Shown here piece by piece: positions 1 through 11,096 of a DNA stretch of 64,000 bases. The notes below the pieces were generated by a model, which did not search any database, was not told the DNA's origin, and saw nothing but the letters and a program-made list of their open reading frames with translations. Both the position numbers and the translations under genes were made by a program. Numbering within the stretch: the stretch's first letter is position 1; every line of letters starts with the position of its first letter. Origin of the DNA: Calditrichia bacterium (GTDB lineage Bacteria; Calditrichota; Calditrichia; JAJRVZ01); the NCBI GenBank assembly GCA_963796965.1, contig CAWCNS010000007.1, positions 910,598 through 974,597 of the forward strand, given 5' to 3'.

Positions 1-365
1 ACTGGTTCATTTTGATAAAAGTTAACCGTAACTTTTACATTGGGCAACATATACATAGGTGCATCTCCAAGAATATCATCGCGAAGTATAATCTGATCAA
101 ATGTTTCTAAATCCATAAAGTAATAATCTTCTCCGTCATTATAAAGATATTCCATGTCCTTGCTATCCAAAGAGGCCTTTTCCACTGATTCGTCACTTCT
201 AAACCTATTTTCGGCATTTGTTCCCGTCCGAACGTTCTTCATTTTAGTTTGCACCGAAGCTTGTCCTTTACCGGGTGTATTATGAAAAACGTCTGTAAGT
301 TGAAAAAGTTCGTTGTTAAACTCAATTATCATGCCTTTTCTGATCTGGGTTGCCTTTAACTTCAT
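1..365 (-). CDS. efp: Elongation factor P (5' part; runs off window start)
   Basis: Manual translation from ATG at 365: MKLKATQIRKGMIIEFNNELFQLTDVFHNTPGKGQASVQTKMKNVRTG...MEYLYNDGEDYYFMDLETFDQ; PGKG loop. Not in the ORF track. Confidence 0.95.
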   Translation of the reverse strand, partial: MKLKATQIRKGMIIEFNNELFQLTDVFHNTPGKGQASVQTKMKNVRTGTNAENRFRSDESVEKASLDSKDMEYLYNDGEDYYFMDLETFDQIILRDDILGDAPMYMLPNVKVTVNFYQNEP

Positions 366-1276
366 ATAATTTTCTCCATATTTTTTACAGTCATTTTCTT
401 TTTCATATCCTGATATTTTTGTTCATCGAAAACAAATTTATAGTCTTTCATCTTTCCATTCACATATTTTTTATATTTTTTGCCATTAAAAAGTTTTTTT
501 AATACATCATCTAGTGGCACTAATTGTTCACCAACCATCCAATTAAATATTTCATTTGATTTTAGATCTTTTACACATCCCCATTCTATACCCCAGGACA
601 ACTTATCAATCGGTAAATTTTTAAAGTTTTTTTTCAAAACCTGCAATTTCGCCTGAGCTAGAGGATCAAGATAATAAAATATCTTCGAATATAAAAAGGC
701 ATTGTGATAATGCCCTGGAAAATTTATCAAACCAGATACCCCCAACCTCCAGCAGGCAATCATCAACAGTTCTACCACAATTGCAGAGAGTCCCAGCCCT
801 GGATACTTTTGTCCTGGTAAACGTGGGCGTCTTGGGGTAAAGTCTGCGTTAGGGTTTTGCATTGCCAGCCAGTCGATTGTCAGACATTGATAACATTTTC
901 CATTGTGTTTAAAATCGAACGGCATTTTTAATTTAAAATAGGATTTCCTCAAAACCAGTTCGATCAACAAATTTTTTCTAGCTTTGGTTTCATTGAATAC
1001 TGATATTTTATGTTTAAAGGCATCTGAAGTGTCAAAATGTGTAACAACATTTTCAAAGCCAAGGTTTTTTAATTCCGCATATAATCCATATTTTTCGAGT
1101 GCGAGATTCATCCCATTATGAGAAAAATATCCGAGGAAAAAATCACCACCACGTTTGCCAATATCCAGATTAAACAGATCTGATTCAGACATATCTAAAC
1201 GGACGATATCTGGTTGTTTTACCGTCTTACTTTGCAACCAGGATATGATATGCCAGGAATTTTCTGGAAATTTCAT
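362..1276 (-). CDS. Hypothetical protein, GNAT-like acyltransferase fold suspected
   Basis: 304 aa; QKYPGLGLSAIVVELL...HNAFLY resembles GNAT motifs A/B; overlaps the upstream gene (TGATG) and efp (ATGA). Confidence 0.5.
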   Translation of the reverse strand: MKFPENSWHIISWLQSKTVKQPDIVRLDMSESDLFNLDIGKRGGDFFLGYFSHNGMNLALEKYGLYAELKNLGFENVVTHFDTSDAFKHKISVFNETKARKNLLIELVLRKSYFKLKMPFDFKHNGKCYQCLTIDWLAMQNPNADFTPRRPRLPGQKYPGLGLSAIVVELLMIACWRLGVSGLINFPGHYHNAFLYSKIFYYLDPLAQAKLQVLKKNFKNLPIDKLSWGIEWGCVKDLKSNEIFNWMVGEQLVPLDDVLKKLFNGKKYKKYVNGKMKDYKFVFDEQKYQDMKKKMTVKNMEKII

Positions 1277-2205
1277 CAGATTCTTCCTTTCAATGTTGAG
1301 GCAATATAGTCAAAATATATCTTCCAGCTTTCAGCCCCATATCCCCCTCCGGCAACAACAACCAAAGGTTTTTTACTAGATTTTACTAAATTGAAGACAT
1401 AAAGATTCCTTTCCAACATCTCCTCTCTAGTTAAATTTAAATCACACAAAGTGTCATGCTCATAAGGATCCGATCCGGCGATATAAAATACAAGCTGCGG
1501 TTTAAATGAATCAAATGCTGGCTCAAGATGTTCGGAGAGAATTTCCATATATTCTGGTCCGCGAATATTGTGTGGAATAAGAATATCCTTATTATTCTGT
1601 TTATCAACCTCCAACCATTTTGTAGCATGAAGGGAAAAGGTGAATACATTAGGATCATCCTTAAAGAACATCAAATTTCCATCTCCCTGATGATAATCCA
1701 AATCAATAATCATTATTCTTTCCAAAGTGTGTTTTTGCCTAACTTTTTCTATGGCTATGGCGACATCATTGATCAAACAGAATCCGGCAGCCTGGTCGGG
1801 CATGGCATGATGAAATCCTCCCCCAATATTGAACATTGCGACTCTGTGATCAAGTGCATATTCAGCTGCCAGGATCGTCCCACCGGTTACAGTCCGAAAA
1901 AATTCAAGGATATAGGAATCCCAGGGTTCTACAACGCCAATCCTCAGATATTGTCCTACTTTTACAGGATCTTGAATATTTTTCAGATAGGTTTCATCAT
2001 GGACTAAGGCCATATCTTCATAACTCACCATTTCCGGAGCAAGGATATGTTTTCGCTTTATATATTTTTCATTTATCAAGCGATCCCGGATCTTTTTGTA
2101 TTTCATAATGTCAAATGATTGATAAGCGTTGGAAGTGGAAATCCCAATATAATAATCATAGGAAAAAACAAGTTTAATCTTTTGACGATTAAGAAGATTG
2201 TACAT
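1276..2205 (-). CDS. Zn-dependent histone deacetylase family (AcuC/AphA-like) protein
   Basis: GGGFHHA, GFCLIND, DLDYHQGDG, AGSDP, GGGY motifs. Confidence 0.92.
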   Translation of the reverse strand: MYNLLNRQKIKLVFSYDYYIGISTSNAYQSFDIMKYKKIRDRLINEKYIKRKHILAPEMVSYEDMALVHDETYLKNIQDPVKVGQYLRIGVVEPWDSYILEFFRTVTGGTILAAEYALDHRVAMFNIGGGFHHAMPDQAAGFCLINDVAIAIEKVRQKHTLERIMIIDLDYHQGDGNLMFFKDDPNVFTFSLHATKWLEVDKQNNKDILIPHNIRGPEYMEILSEHLEPAFDSFKPQLVFYIAGSDPYEHDTLCDLNLTREEMLERNLYVFNLVKSSKKPLVVVAGGGYGAESWKIYFDYIASTLKGRI

Positions 2206-2351
2206 TTAAATCTTTATCCGGGATATTTGACATATTATAGACTCTCAACCAAGATATGAGACACCTAATTTGAGATATGTGATACGTGATACGGATATCG
2301 CTATATATTTATTTGAATTATGCAGCATTTATAAATCAACATTACTAATTT

Positions 2352-3353
2352 CTAATTACTTTTCGTCAGTTCTCCAGCCAGACTTTGATCCATAAGATGG
2401 CGCACTTCGGATACTTCTAACTCATTCCCCAGAAGCAACATCAATTTTACAAGTGCGGCTTCTGTAGTCATATCGTGCAATGATAAAGCACCCGCATCCC
2501 GGGCCCTTTGTCCACAAACATAAACACTCAGATCGGTTAAACCATGCGGTGATTGGCTTCCAAGATATACAAGTATTTCCTGATCAATCGCCGAGGAGAT
2601 AAATTCAATCCAACCCGAATTTTCTCCAGGCAGGTTACCAGAACCAAATCCTTCAATAACTAAAGCTTTCACAGAATCTGTTATTAATTTTTTATAAATA
2701 TCCGGTTTTAAACCTGGATACACACCTAACGATAATATATTTTGAGAACAGGTCGATTGGAGAGATAATTTTGCCTTTTCTTTCAGGATATATCGGCTGT
2801 TGACATTGACGTTTAGTCCAATATTCGCCAACGGTGGTAAATTGGGTGATTCGAAACTTTGGAAACTTTCAATACTCATTTTTTTTGTGCGATTGCCTCG
2901 TAAAAGACGGTTTCCAAAACAAATAAGAACTTCAGGGATATCATAGGTTGCCAGTTCAACAGAGTTGATAAGATTGCCCCGAGCATCTGTACGAAGGGCG
3001 GAAAGGGGACGTTGCGACCCCGTTAAGATAACAGGTTTTTTGAGATCCAGTAGTAGAAAAGATAGAGCAGAAGCCGTATATACGAGGGTATCTGTACCAT
3101 GAATAATAACGACGCCATCATAGTTTTCTATCTCACCCTTAATAATTGTATATAAAATATGCCATTCATTCGGGCCAATATTTGAACTGTCCAAATTAAA
3201 AGGGATTTTTATGGATATATCAACCTTCTCCCTTATTCTTGGAATGTAAGTATCAATTTGTTTTTCTATATTACCCGGTTGAAGAGTCGTCTCTGGCTCC
3301 ATAGGTGTCATACCGAACGTACCACCGGTGTGAATGATCAAGACACGTTTCAT
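2352..3353 (-). CDS. ansA: L-asparaginase type I
   Basis: HTGGTFGM, HGTDT, TGSQRP, F.SPN motifs. Confidence 0.9.
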   Translation of the reverse strand: MKRVLIIHTGGTFGMTPMEPETTLQPGNIEKQIDTYIPRIREKVDISIKIPFNLDSSNIGPNEWHILYTIIKGEIENYDGVVIIHGTDTLVYTASALSFLLLDLKKPVILTGSQRPLSALRTDARGNLINSVELATYDIPEVLICFGNRLLRGNRTKKMSIESFQSFESPNLPPLANIGLNVNVNSRYILKEKAKLSLQSTCSQNILSLGVYPGLKPDIYKKLITDSVKALVIEGFGSGNLPGENSGWIEFISSAIDQEILVYLGSQSPHGLTDLSVYVCGQRARDAGALSLHDMTTEAALVKLMLLLGNELEVSEVRHLMDQSLAGELTKSN

Positions 3354-3587
3354 AGTTTTTTCTCCGCTTTAATATAAAGAGCTTAGCGGTTTAGGACAAG
3401 AGGAATCTGGGTACTGGGTATTGAATATTGAAATATTGAATATGAATATTGAATATTGAGTTTGTGTATTCTCTGGCTCCTTGTCAAATAAAGTTGATAG
3501 AAAGTTTACCCACTAAACGCCCGGATAATTGCCAAGAACCGAGTACCAAGTGCCGGGTGCCTAATAGCGAGATACCAGAATTGAGAC

Positions 3588-3615
3588 AAAAAAAAGCCCG
3601 GGATTAACCGGGCTT
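3588..3615 (-). terminator. Intrinsic terminator downstream of ppdK
   Basis: AAGCCCGG-gattaa-CCGGGCTT hairpin with an adjacent A-run (U-tail on the minus strand). Confidence 0.75.
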
Positions 3616-3667
3616 CATTTAATAAGAGAGGAAATAAATCTACCTCAATTTATTTTGAACCTTCGTG

Positions 3668-6343
3668 TTACTTGGTTCTCAGCGCTTCTTGTGCAGCTGC
3701 AAGACGGGCAATCGGTACACGATAAGGTGAACAACTGACATAGTTCATCCCCACTCTGTGACAGAATCCTACTGATTTCGGTTCCCCGCCATGTTCTCCG
3801 CAGATACCAATTTTCAGGTCTTTTTTTGTCGATCTACCCTTTTGCACGGCAATCTCAACCAGCTGACCAACACCCGATTGATCTAAAACCTGGAATGGAT
3901 CTTCGGGAAGAATTCCTCTATCAACATATTCACCAAGGAATGTACCGGCATCATCACGTGAGTACCCAAAGGCCATCTGAGTCAAATCGTTGGTACCAAA
4001 TGAAAAGAACTCTGCTTCCTCGGCAACTTCATCTGCTGTTAATGCAGCACGCGGTATCTCGATCATGGTTCCAATCATATAGTCCACCTTGACACCTGTT
4101 TTTTCCTGAACCGCATCGGCAACTTTCTTAACGATAGCTTTTTGATTAGCCAATTCAGCTTTGGTTCCAATAAGCGGAATCATAATTTCCGGATATACCT
4201 TCACACCTTCTTTTGTGAGCTGGCAGGCTGCTTCCATAATAGCTTGTGCCTGCATTTCGGTAATCTCCGGATAGGTGATACCTAGACGACAACCACGGTG
4301 TCCAAGCATAGGGTTGAATTCGTGAAGTGAATCAACCTTCGCTTTAACTTCCGCTTTGGTAAGACCCATTTCATCGGCCATTTCCTGCTGATTTTCATCA
4401 TCATGGGGAAGAAATTCATGCAAAGGTGGGTCCAGGGTACGAATCGTAACAGGAAGATCATGCATCGCTTTTAATATGCCATAAAAATCTTCTTTTTGAT
4501 ACGGTAATAATTTTGCAAGGGCTTTGCGACGTCCCGCTTCATCATCGGCCAAGATCATTTCACGAACGGCTTTGATGCGATCACCTTCAAAAAACATATG
4601 TTCGGTGCGGCAAAGACCAATACCTTCAGCGCCAAAATTACGGGCAACATCTGAATCATGGGGTGTATCTGCATTTGTACGGACATTCAGGGTTCTGTAT
4701 TCATCAGCCCATGACATCAAAGTTCCAAAATTTCCAGATAATTCAGGGGTTACTGTCGGGACTTTTCCATCAATAACTTCGCCCAGAGATCCGTCAAGAG
4801 AGATCCAATCGCCTTCCTTAAAGACTTTTGAACCGACTTTCATTTCCTTGGCCTTATATTCAATATTCAGACTACCGCATCCGGCAACACAACAGGTTCC
4901 CATACCTCTGGCAACGACGGCTGCGTGAGAGGTCATACCACCACGGGAAGTCAAGATACCTTTTGCGACATTCATTCCGCCAATATCTTCCGGTGAAGTT
5001 TCAATTCTGACAAGAATAACATCCTCGCCACGCTCTGCCCATTCTTCAGCATCATCAGCATGGAAAACAATCCGACCTGTGGCAGCACCAGGTGATGCCG
5101 GCAATCCTTTGGCCACAACATTTTTTTCTGCCTTAGGATCAAAGGTAGGATGGAGGAGTTGATCCAACTGCTCTGGTTCTACACGCATGACAGCAGTTTC
5201 CTTATCAATCAATCCCTCTTCGAACATTTCCACAGCAATTCTCACAGCCGCTTCAGCTGTACGTTTACCATTTCTTGTCTGCAACATCCAGAGTTTACCA
5301 CTTTGAATTGTAAACTCAATATCCTGCATATCTTTATAATGTACTTCCAGTTTATTATATATTCTATCCAGATCTTTATAAGGCTCTGGCATAATTTCTT
5401 CCAGAGTCTTTTGTTCCGGGCTGGATTTGGTTGCTATATTGACAGGTTCAGGTGTTCGTGTACCAGCAACCACATCTTCACCCTGTGCATTTACGAGATA
5501 CTCACCGTAAAACTTCTTTTCTCCTGTGGCGGGATCGCGAGTAAAGGCAACACCTGTGGCACAATCATCACCCATATTACCATAAACCATGGCTTGTACA
5601 TTAACCGCTGTACCCCATTCTGCAGGGATATCATTTAATTTACGATAGGTGACGGCACGCTGATTATTCCATGATCCAAAAACAGCGCTGACAGCACCCC
5701 ATAATTGTTCCCATGGATCAGTCGGGAAATCCTGACCTGTATTTTCCTTAATCGCATCCTTGAAGAGACCTACCATTCTTTTGAGATCTGCAGCAGAAAG
5801 GTCCGTATCTAGTTCAACACCCAATTCATCTTTCATATCCTGAATAATGACCTCAAAAGGATCTTCTTCTTCTTTAGATTCTGGTTTCATTCCCATGACA
5901 ACATCACCATACATCTGAACAAAACGGCGATAGGAATCCCAACCAAAACGCTCATTACCTGATTTCTCACTTATGCCGTTTACGGTGTCCTCATTAAGGC
6001 CCAAATTCAAAACCGTATCCATCATTCCGGGCATTGATGCAGGAGCACCAGAACGAACTGAAACAAGTAAAGGATTGTTTACATCTCCAAACTGAGCACC
6101 CATAATCTTTTCGACGCTGGCAATACCTTCCTGGACCTGCTTTTTTACTTCATCAGTATACTGACCATCATTTTTATAATAGGCATGACAAACTTCTGTA
6201 GATATGGTAAAACCAGCCGGAACAGGAACACCCAAATTGGACATTTCTGCCAGGTTTGCACCTTTTCCTCCCAATAGGAGTTTCATGGTCGCATTACCCT
6301 CAGCCTTACCATCTCCAAATGTATAAACAAACTTACCAGACAT
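3668..6343 (-). CDS. ppdK: Pyruvate, phosphate dikinase
   Basis: [40 protein letters not shown]; start MSGKFVY at 6343 behind a GGAGG RBS. Confidence 0.97.
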   Translation of the reverse strand: MSGKFVYTFGDGKAEGNATMKLLLGGKGANLAEMSNLGVPVPAGFTISTEVCHAYYKNDGQYTDEVKKQVQEGIASVEKIMGAQFGDVNNPLLVSVRSGAPASMPGMMDTVLNLGLNEDTVNGISEKSGNERFGWDSYRRFVQMYGDVVMGMKPESKEEEDPFEVIIQDMKDELGVELDTDLSAADLKRMVGLFKDAIKENTGQDFPTDPWEQLWGAVSAVFGSWNNQRAVTYRKLNDIPAEWGTAVNVQAMVYGNMGDDCATGVAFTRDPATGEKKFYGEYLVNAQGEDVVAGTRTPEPVNIATKSSPEQKTLEEIMPEPYKDLDRIYNKLEVHYKDMQDIEFTIQSGKLWMLQTRNGKRTAEAAVRIAVEMFEEGLIDKETAVMRVEPEQLDQLLHPTFDPKAEKNVVAKGLPASPGAATGRIVFHADDAEEWAERGEDVILVRIETSPEDIGGMNVAKGILTSRGGMTSHAAVVARGMGTCCVAGCGSLNIEYKAKEMKVGSKVFKEGDWISLDGSLGEVIDGKVPTVTPELSGNFGTLMSWADEYRTLNVRTNADTPHDSDVARNFGAEGIGLCRTEHMFFEGDRIKAVREMILADDEAGRRKALAKLLPYQKEDFYGILKAMHDLPVTIRTLDPPLHEFLPHDDENQQEMADEMGLTKAEVKAKVDSLHEFNPMLGHRGCRLGITYPEITEMQAQAIMEAACQLTKEGVKVYPEIMIPLIGTKAELANQKAIVKKVADAVQEKTGVKVDYMIGTMIEIPRAALTADEVAEEAEFFSFGTNDLTQMAFGYSRDDAGTFLGEYVDRGILPEDPFQVLDQSGVGQLVEIAVQKGRSTKKDLKIGICGEHGGEPKSVGFCHRVGMNYVSCSPYRVPIARLAAAQEALRTK

Positions 6344-6577
6344 ATTTCCTCCATTTATAAAAAACAAAATTTCACATAAAGATTAAGCCTACAATATACC
6401 ATTCGATACATAAAATTTCAAGCAGGAGTTGGGATTTTTGGTACCGACCAGCTGATAAGGGATGTGGGATACGGCAACAATTCCAAATTATTCTCGTACT
6501 AATCTTCATCTGCTAATTGTTAATTATATAACGATTCCTTAGTTTTATATGAATCATTCATAATAGAAAATAATCAG

Positions 6578-8953
6578 ATGCATAATTCCTTATCGTACCT
6601 TCTTCTCTCTCTTCTTATCTTTAATCTTCTATCGCTATCAGCAGCACAAACACTTCTCAAAGGTCATATTAAAGATGCTAAAACCCAGGAACCACTGGCT
6701 GCGGCCAATATTCAAATTGTAGGTACCTTTCAGGGGACTATATCTAACGAAGATGGAGATTTTATTTTACTCATAGGCAACCCACCAGCTTCCTTATCCA
6801 TAACCTACATTGGATACGAATCACAGAAAATCCTTATAGAAAATAATGATGATAATGAGATTCTTATCGCTCTTGAACCGATAATTCTTGAAATGGATGC
6901 GATTGTTGTCGTAGCAGAGGATCCCGCCTTAGCAATTATGCGGGAAGTGATCCGCCGTAAACTTATCTGGCGCAAAGAAATTCAAACTTCCAGCGCACAT
7001 GCCTATAGTCGCCTGGTATTTGAAAATGACTCCGGAATCGTATCGATTGCTGAAAGTTTATCGGAAACGTTTTGGGATAGTGAAAAGGGTTCGAGGGAAG
7101 TGATTAAGTCCAAACGTCAGACAAGCAATCTGAGTGAGCAACAAAATATGGCTGTGGCCAGTTTTATTCCAAATTTTTATGATGATGATATCGAACTAAT
7201 TGGATTTAGTGTAATAGGACCAACCCACCCCGATGCTCTGGATTATTATGATTTTAAACTCCTAAAAGAAAAAAGACGAGACAATAAGACTGTTTTTGAG
7301 ATTCAGGTCATTCCAGATAGTAAGTTACAACCAACATTTCAGGGTCGTTTGTGGGTTTTAGATGAAGATTTTGCTTTACTTAACGTCGAACTAAAACCAA
7401 GTAAATCTATTCATTTTCCTATTCCAATACAGGAATTAAATCTATATTATAAACAGCAATTTAGCAATTATGCCCGTAAATTTTGGTTACCTGTTGATTA
7501 TCGTGTTAGCGGGGACATAAAAATTGGAATTTTGGGTTTACAATTCCCCAGGATAAAATATAAAAGAATCACAGCCCTTTCTGACTACCAGGTAAATATC
7601 CCATTGCCTGATTCACTTTATGAAAAAGAAAAAATCCTAAGTGTAGATTCCCTTTCTCTTTCTCAAGACACCCTCTTCACCGCAAGAAAGATTCAGGTAC
7701 CGCTTACCCATGCAGAAGAAACTGCTTATGAATCTTTAGACAGTACAATGACATTAGAAAAGGCATTCAAACCGACAGGATTTTTAGCGAATGTTATTGA
7801 GGCGACAGCCGGTGATGAAGAAGCTAATGCAAATGAAGGGACGGGGATACTCTCGTGGCTTTCCCCCCAGCTCTGGTACAACCGGGTAGATGCTCTCCAT
7901 ATTGGCCTTACGTTAAAACCAGACTTATCAGATCTCTTTAAAGTAAGCATTGGAGCCGGTTATAACACAGGTCTGAAAAATTGGTCCTTTTTAGCAGAAT
8001 TACATTATCGGTTCGGATCTAAAAACCAATTTCATAGCACATTAAAATACGAGACAGGGACTGAGAGTCGCTATCCATCTGAAACCTACACCCTCTTTCT
8101 GGCCAGTCTTCCGCCTACATTCGCCCGACCAGACTATTTTGATTATTATTGGCAGGACGGTTTTTTTGTTGATTTTGGATATCGTTTTCGTGCAATAAAT
8201 TCCATATTCTCCATCGGTCTTAACTCTCACAAACAAAAGTCACTCGAAAAGACAACCGATTTCAATATTGTCGGATCTGGCTATGAACAACGAGAGAATC
8301 CGGCAATCAATGAAGGGACTATGCGAAGTCTGCTCTTCAAAGCCGAATACGGTGACGACTACATTCCATTCGGTATTGTTGGTCAAAACAGAGTCACCTT
8401 TCTCATTGAATATAGCGCCCCATCACTTTTAAAGAGTGAATACGATTTTACCAAATACAGTCTGAACGCTGATCTTCGAGTAAATACATTCTTGACCAGA
8501 AGATTATTGCCCAATGCACTTGACATACATTTAACTATGGGTTATAGTACCGGGAAACTGCCATTACAACGTTATGGGATCGTCGATGGCAGTTTTGAAG
8601 TTTTTACCCCGTACGCCGTATTAAAATCAAGAAGATCAAGACCCTATGAAGGTGAAAGTTACCTGGGAGTGTTCTGGGAGCATAATTTTCGTACGGTACC
8701 ATTTGAGTTAATCAATTTTGATTTCCTCGTCGAGAAGGGTGTTGGAATCATTGTATATGGTGGCCACGGACGATCCTGGATCTCGGAACAGACACTTTCA
8801 GAACTAACCTTTATACCAGCATACACGACGCGTATGCATAATGAGACAGGTTTTTCTATAAATAATATCTTTAGTCTTCTTCGCTTTGACACTACTTATC
8901 GCTGGGAAACTAAAGGCATCTATGTGGGCATATCAATGGCCCGTTTCTTTTAA
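6578..8953 (+). CDS. Outer-membrane protein with N-terminal carboxypeptidase-regulatory-like domain (DUF5686-like)
   Basis: Signal peptide, G.IKDAKTQEPL.AANI...GT..N.DG.F...YIGY motif, barrel-like C-terminus ending in F. Confidence 0.7.
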   Translation: MHNSLSYLLLSLLIFNLLSLSAAQTLLKGHIKDAKTQEPLAAANIQIVGTFQGTISNEDGDFILLIGNPPASLSITYIGYESQKILIENNDDNEILIALEPIILEMDAIVVVAEDPALAIMREVIRRKLIWRKEIQTSSAHAYSRLVFENDSGIVSIAESLSETFWDSEKGSREVIKSKRQTSNLSEQQNMAVASFIPNFYDDDIELIGFSVIGPTHPDALDYYDFKLLKEKRRDNKTVFEIQVIPDSKLQPTFQGRLWVLDEDFALLNVELKPSKSIHFPIPIQELNLYYKQQFSNYARKFWLPVDYRVSGDIKIGILGLQFPRIKYKRITALSDYQVNIPLPDSLYEKEKILSVDSLSLSQDTLFTARKIQVPLTHAEETAYESLDSTMTLEKAFKPTGFLANVIEATAGDEEANANEGTGILSWLSPQLWYNRVDALHIGLTLKPDLSDLFKVSIGAGYNTGLKNWSFLAELHYRFGSKNQFHSTLKYETGTESRYPSETYTLFLASLPPTFARPDYFDYYWQDGFFVDFGYRFRAINSIFSIGLNSHKQKSLEKTTDFNIVGSGYEQRENPAINEGTMRSLLFKAEYGDDYIPFGIVGQNRVTFLIEYSAPSLLKSEYDFTKYSLNADLRVNTFLTRRLLPNALDIHLTMGYSTGKLPLQRYGIVDGSFEVFTPYAVLKSRRSRPYEGESYLGVFWEHNFRTVPFELINFDFLVEKGVGIIVYGGHGRSWISEQTLSELTFIPAYTTRMHNETGFSINNIFSLLRFDTTYRWETKGIYVGISMARFF

Positions 8954-9002
8954 GCAGATAATCTATTTTGAAATGATCTACTTAAATATTTATCTTTTTT
9001 TT

Positions 9003-9100
9003 AACCACAAAGTCCTCAAAGAAGGCACTAAGATCACAAAGTTATTCTTATGATTTTTTTCTTTGAGTACTTTGTGCCTTTTTTGTGTACTTTGTGGTAA
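9003..9100. repeat. Palindromic element with 9-mer periodic arms (ACCACAAAG...CTTTGTGGT)
   Basis: aaccacaaag-tcctcaaag-aaggcactaag-atcacaaag is mirrored by ctttgagta-ctttgtgcctt-ttttgtgta-ctttgtggta. Confidence 0.75.
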
Positions 9101-9233
9101 ATCTTTATCTTTAGCGGTCTGAGACTGTCAGGCCTGAAGAGAGATCCCTAATTTCTCATTGTTAAAAAAGACTTTCATTATTTAAAAATCATATTATCTT
9201 TAACACTACCATCGAATTTAGAGGGGTTCTATC

Positions 9234-9825
9234 ATGAAATTTTACATTTATTTTGGAATATTGTCTCTATTTCTACTTAACGCATGTGGTAAAAATGAGG
9301 TTCAGACAGTAACGCCAACAGAAGTCTGAAAAGGCAGAAATTATCCCCATCGGAGAGAAGGCAGCGGGGATATTACTAAAAACGTTACAAGGAGAGTTGA
9401 TGGCTGCTGTTAAGGCTGAAGGGGTAATGGGTGCCATTACCATTTGCAATGAAAGAGCGATAAGATTGACCGATTCACTAACCCAAAATTTATCCCGGGT
9501 AAAAGATATAAAAAGAACCAGTTCAAAATATCGCAATCCCAAAAACAAACCAGATTCTTATGAACAAGAGGCATTAAAGTTTTTTAGTTCGAAACCTGAG
9601 CACCTAAAAGAAGTATTCGTCCAAAAAATAATCCAGGGATCAGAAACACATTTTCGTTATTATAAACCCCTGACTATTAAACCCGTATGTACCTTTTGCC
9701 ATGGACCTTCAGAGAACCTGTCACCAGATCTGGTTGAAAAAGTCAAAAAATATTATCCCGAGGATAAAGCAGTCGGATATAATCTAGGAGATTTTCGGGG
9801 GGTTGTTCGTGTATCTGTGCAATAA
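9234..9825 (+). CDS. Tll0287/DUF3365-like c-type heme lipoprotein (frameshift near 9330)
   Basis: MKFYIYFGILSLFLLNAC lipobox; RTSSKYRNPKNKPD; CTFCH heme motif; AVGY.LGDFRG. Confidence 0.75.
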
Positions 9826-9905
9826 TGAAGGTATGATTCGACATATTCATCTCACGCTGCGCCGCGTCGTTGCGCCGCTGCGTGAGTCAGATTTGTAGAA
9901 TTGGA

Positions 9906-10981
9906 TTAATCGTCCTCTGATAGGGATTTGTCGATATCAAATATTATTCTTCCGTTCAGGTATTCTCTGGTTTCGTAGCGTGTAATATGCATTAATTTCC
10001 GGGTAATCTTACTCATTTTCTTGATTTCATCTTTTATTATCGCAATTTTTTCTTTTAATTGATTCTTAGCCATTTTATCGGTTATCATCTCAGAATTGAC
10101 TGATACCACGGTCATGGGTTGATTCAGCTCATGGCAAACCGCACCTGCCATCTCTAATACCCCCTTCATTCTTTCTTTCTGAACCCGATCCTCCTCTGCA
10201 AGAAGTTTCTCAGTTACATCATGAGCAATACAAAGAATTCCTTCTTTACCATCCGGAAGTGTTATTTTGGATTCATGCAAATCCATAAAACAAATGGAAC
10301 CATCTTTTCCTACACTTTTCTCATGGTGTTTTAATACCTGACCCTTTTTTAACTTATTGATATTTTCGCTGACGTCTGCTAGTTGATCTGGGTGGACAAG
10401 AATTTCAACATTTTTTCCGATGAGATCATCCCTGGTATAGCCCAGAGAAGTGCAAAAAGCTGGATTAACATCCAATATTTCCCCATCAAGATCCTCCAAC
10501 ATCAATCCAGTTGGAGATAATTCGAATAATGTCTGGTATCTTTTATTATTTTCTGCAAGTTCTTTTTCACTATCTTGGCAGAAGTGATATCCCTGATTAC
10601 AGCAAAAGTAGCTTTTTCACCATTATAATCGATTATAGTAACATTAGCTTCGATAAATACTTCCTTCTTATCCTTCTTTATAAATACAGTTTCATATCGA
10701 GATGAGACCTCATTTCCTTTTTGACGTTCGATCGCCCTACCACTCAGGATATTTAAACCCTTTTGTGTATAGACCTCCCGGTAATCCATCATCATTAATT
10801 CATCATATTCATAACCAAGCATGTTGGCAAACTGTTGGTTGAAATAGATGAACTTGTCTTTTTGGCTTATAACAATTGAATCGTTAACATTCTCCACAAG
10901 AAGCCGATACTTCTCTTCAGAATCCCTAAGGCTGATCACAGGAACCTTTTTTGTATTTTCCTCTATATGAGCGAACACCAA
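9906..10981 (-). CDS. PAS-PAS-HisKA protein lacking an ATPase domain (frameshift near 10500)
   Basis: Two PAS repeats; H-box GAVCHELNQP; protein ends about 55 aa later. Confidence 0.7.
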
Positions 10982-11096
10982 AACTCCTAAGTAAATATTT
11001 TATTGAAATAGTTTAATCATTTCAGTTGTATAATTTTATTTTATTTGAATTTTAATAATATGAGATTTAAAGAAATAAAATCCTGAGAGAGGTGTC

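Noticed and set aside
3826..5638. Antisense ORFs inside ppdK (and similar shadow ORFs across the window)
   Set aside because: They lie wholly opposite well-supported genes and show no recognisable motifs.
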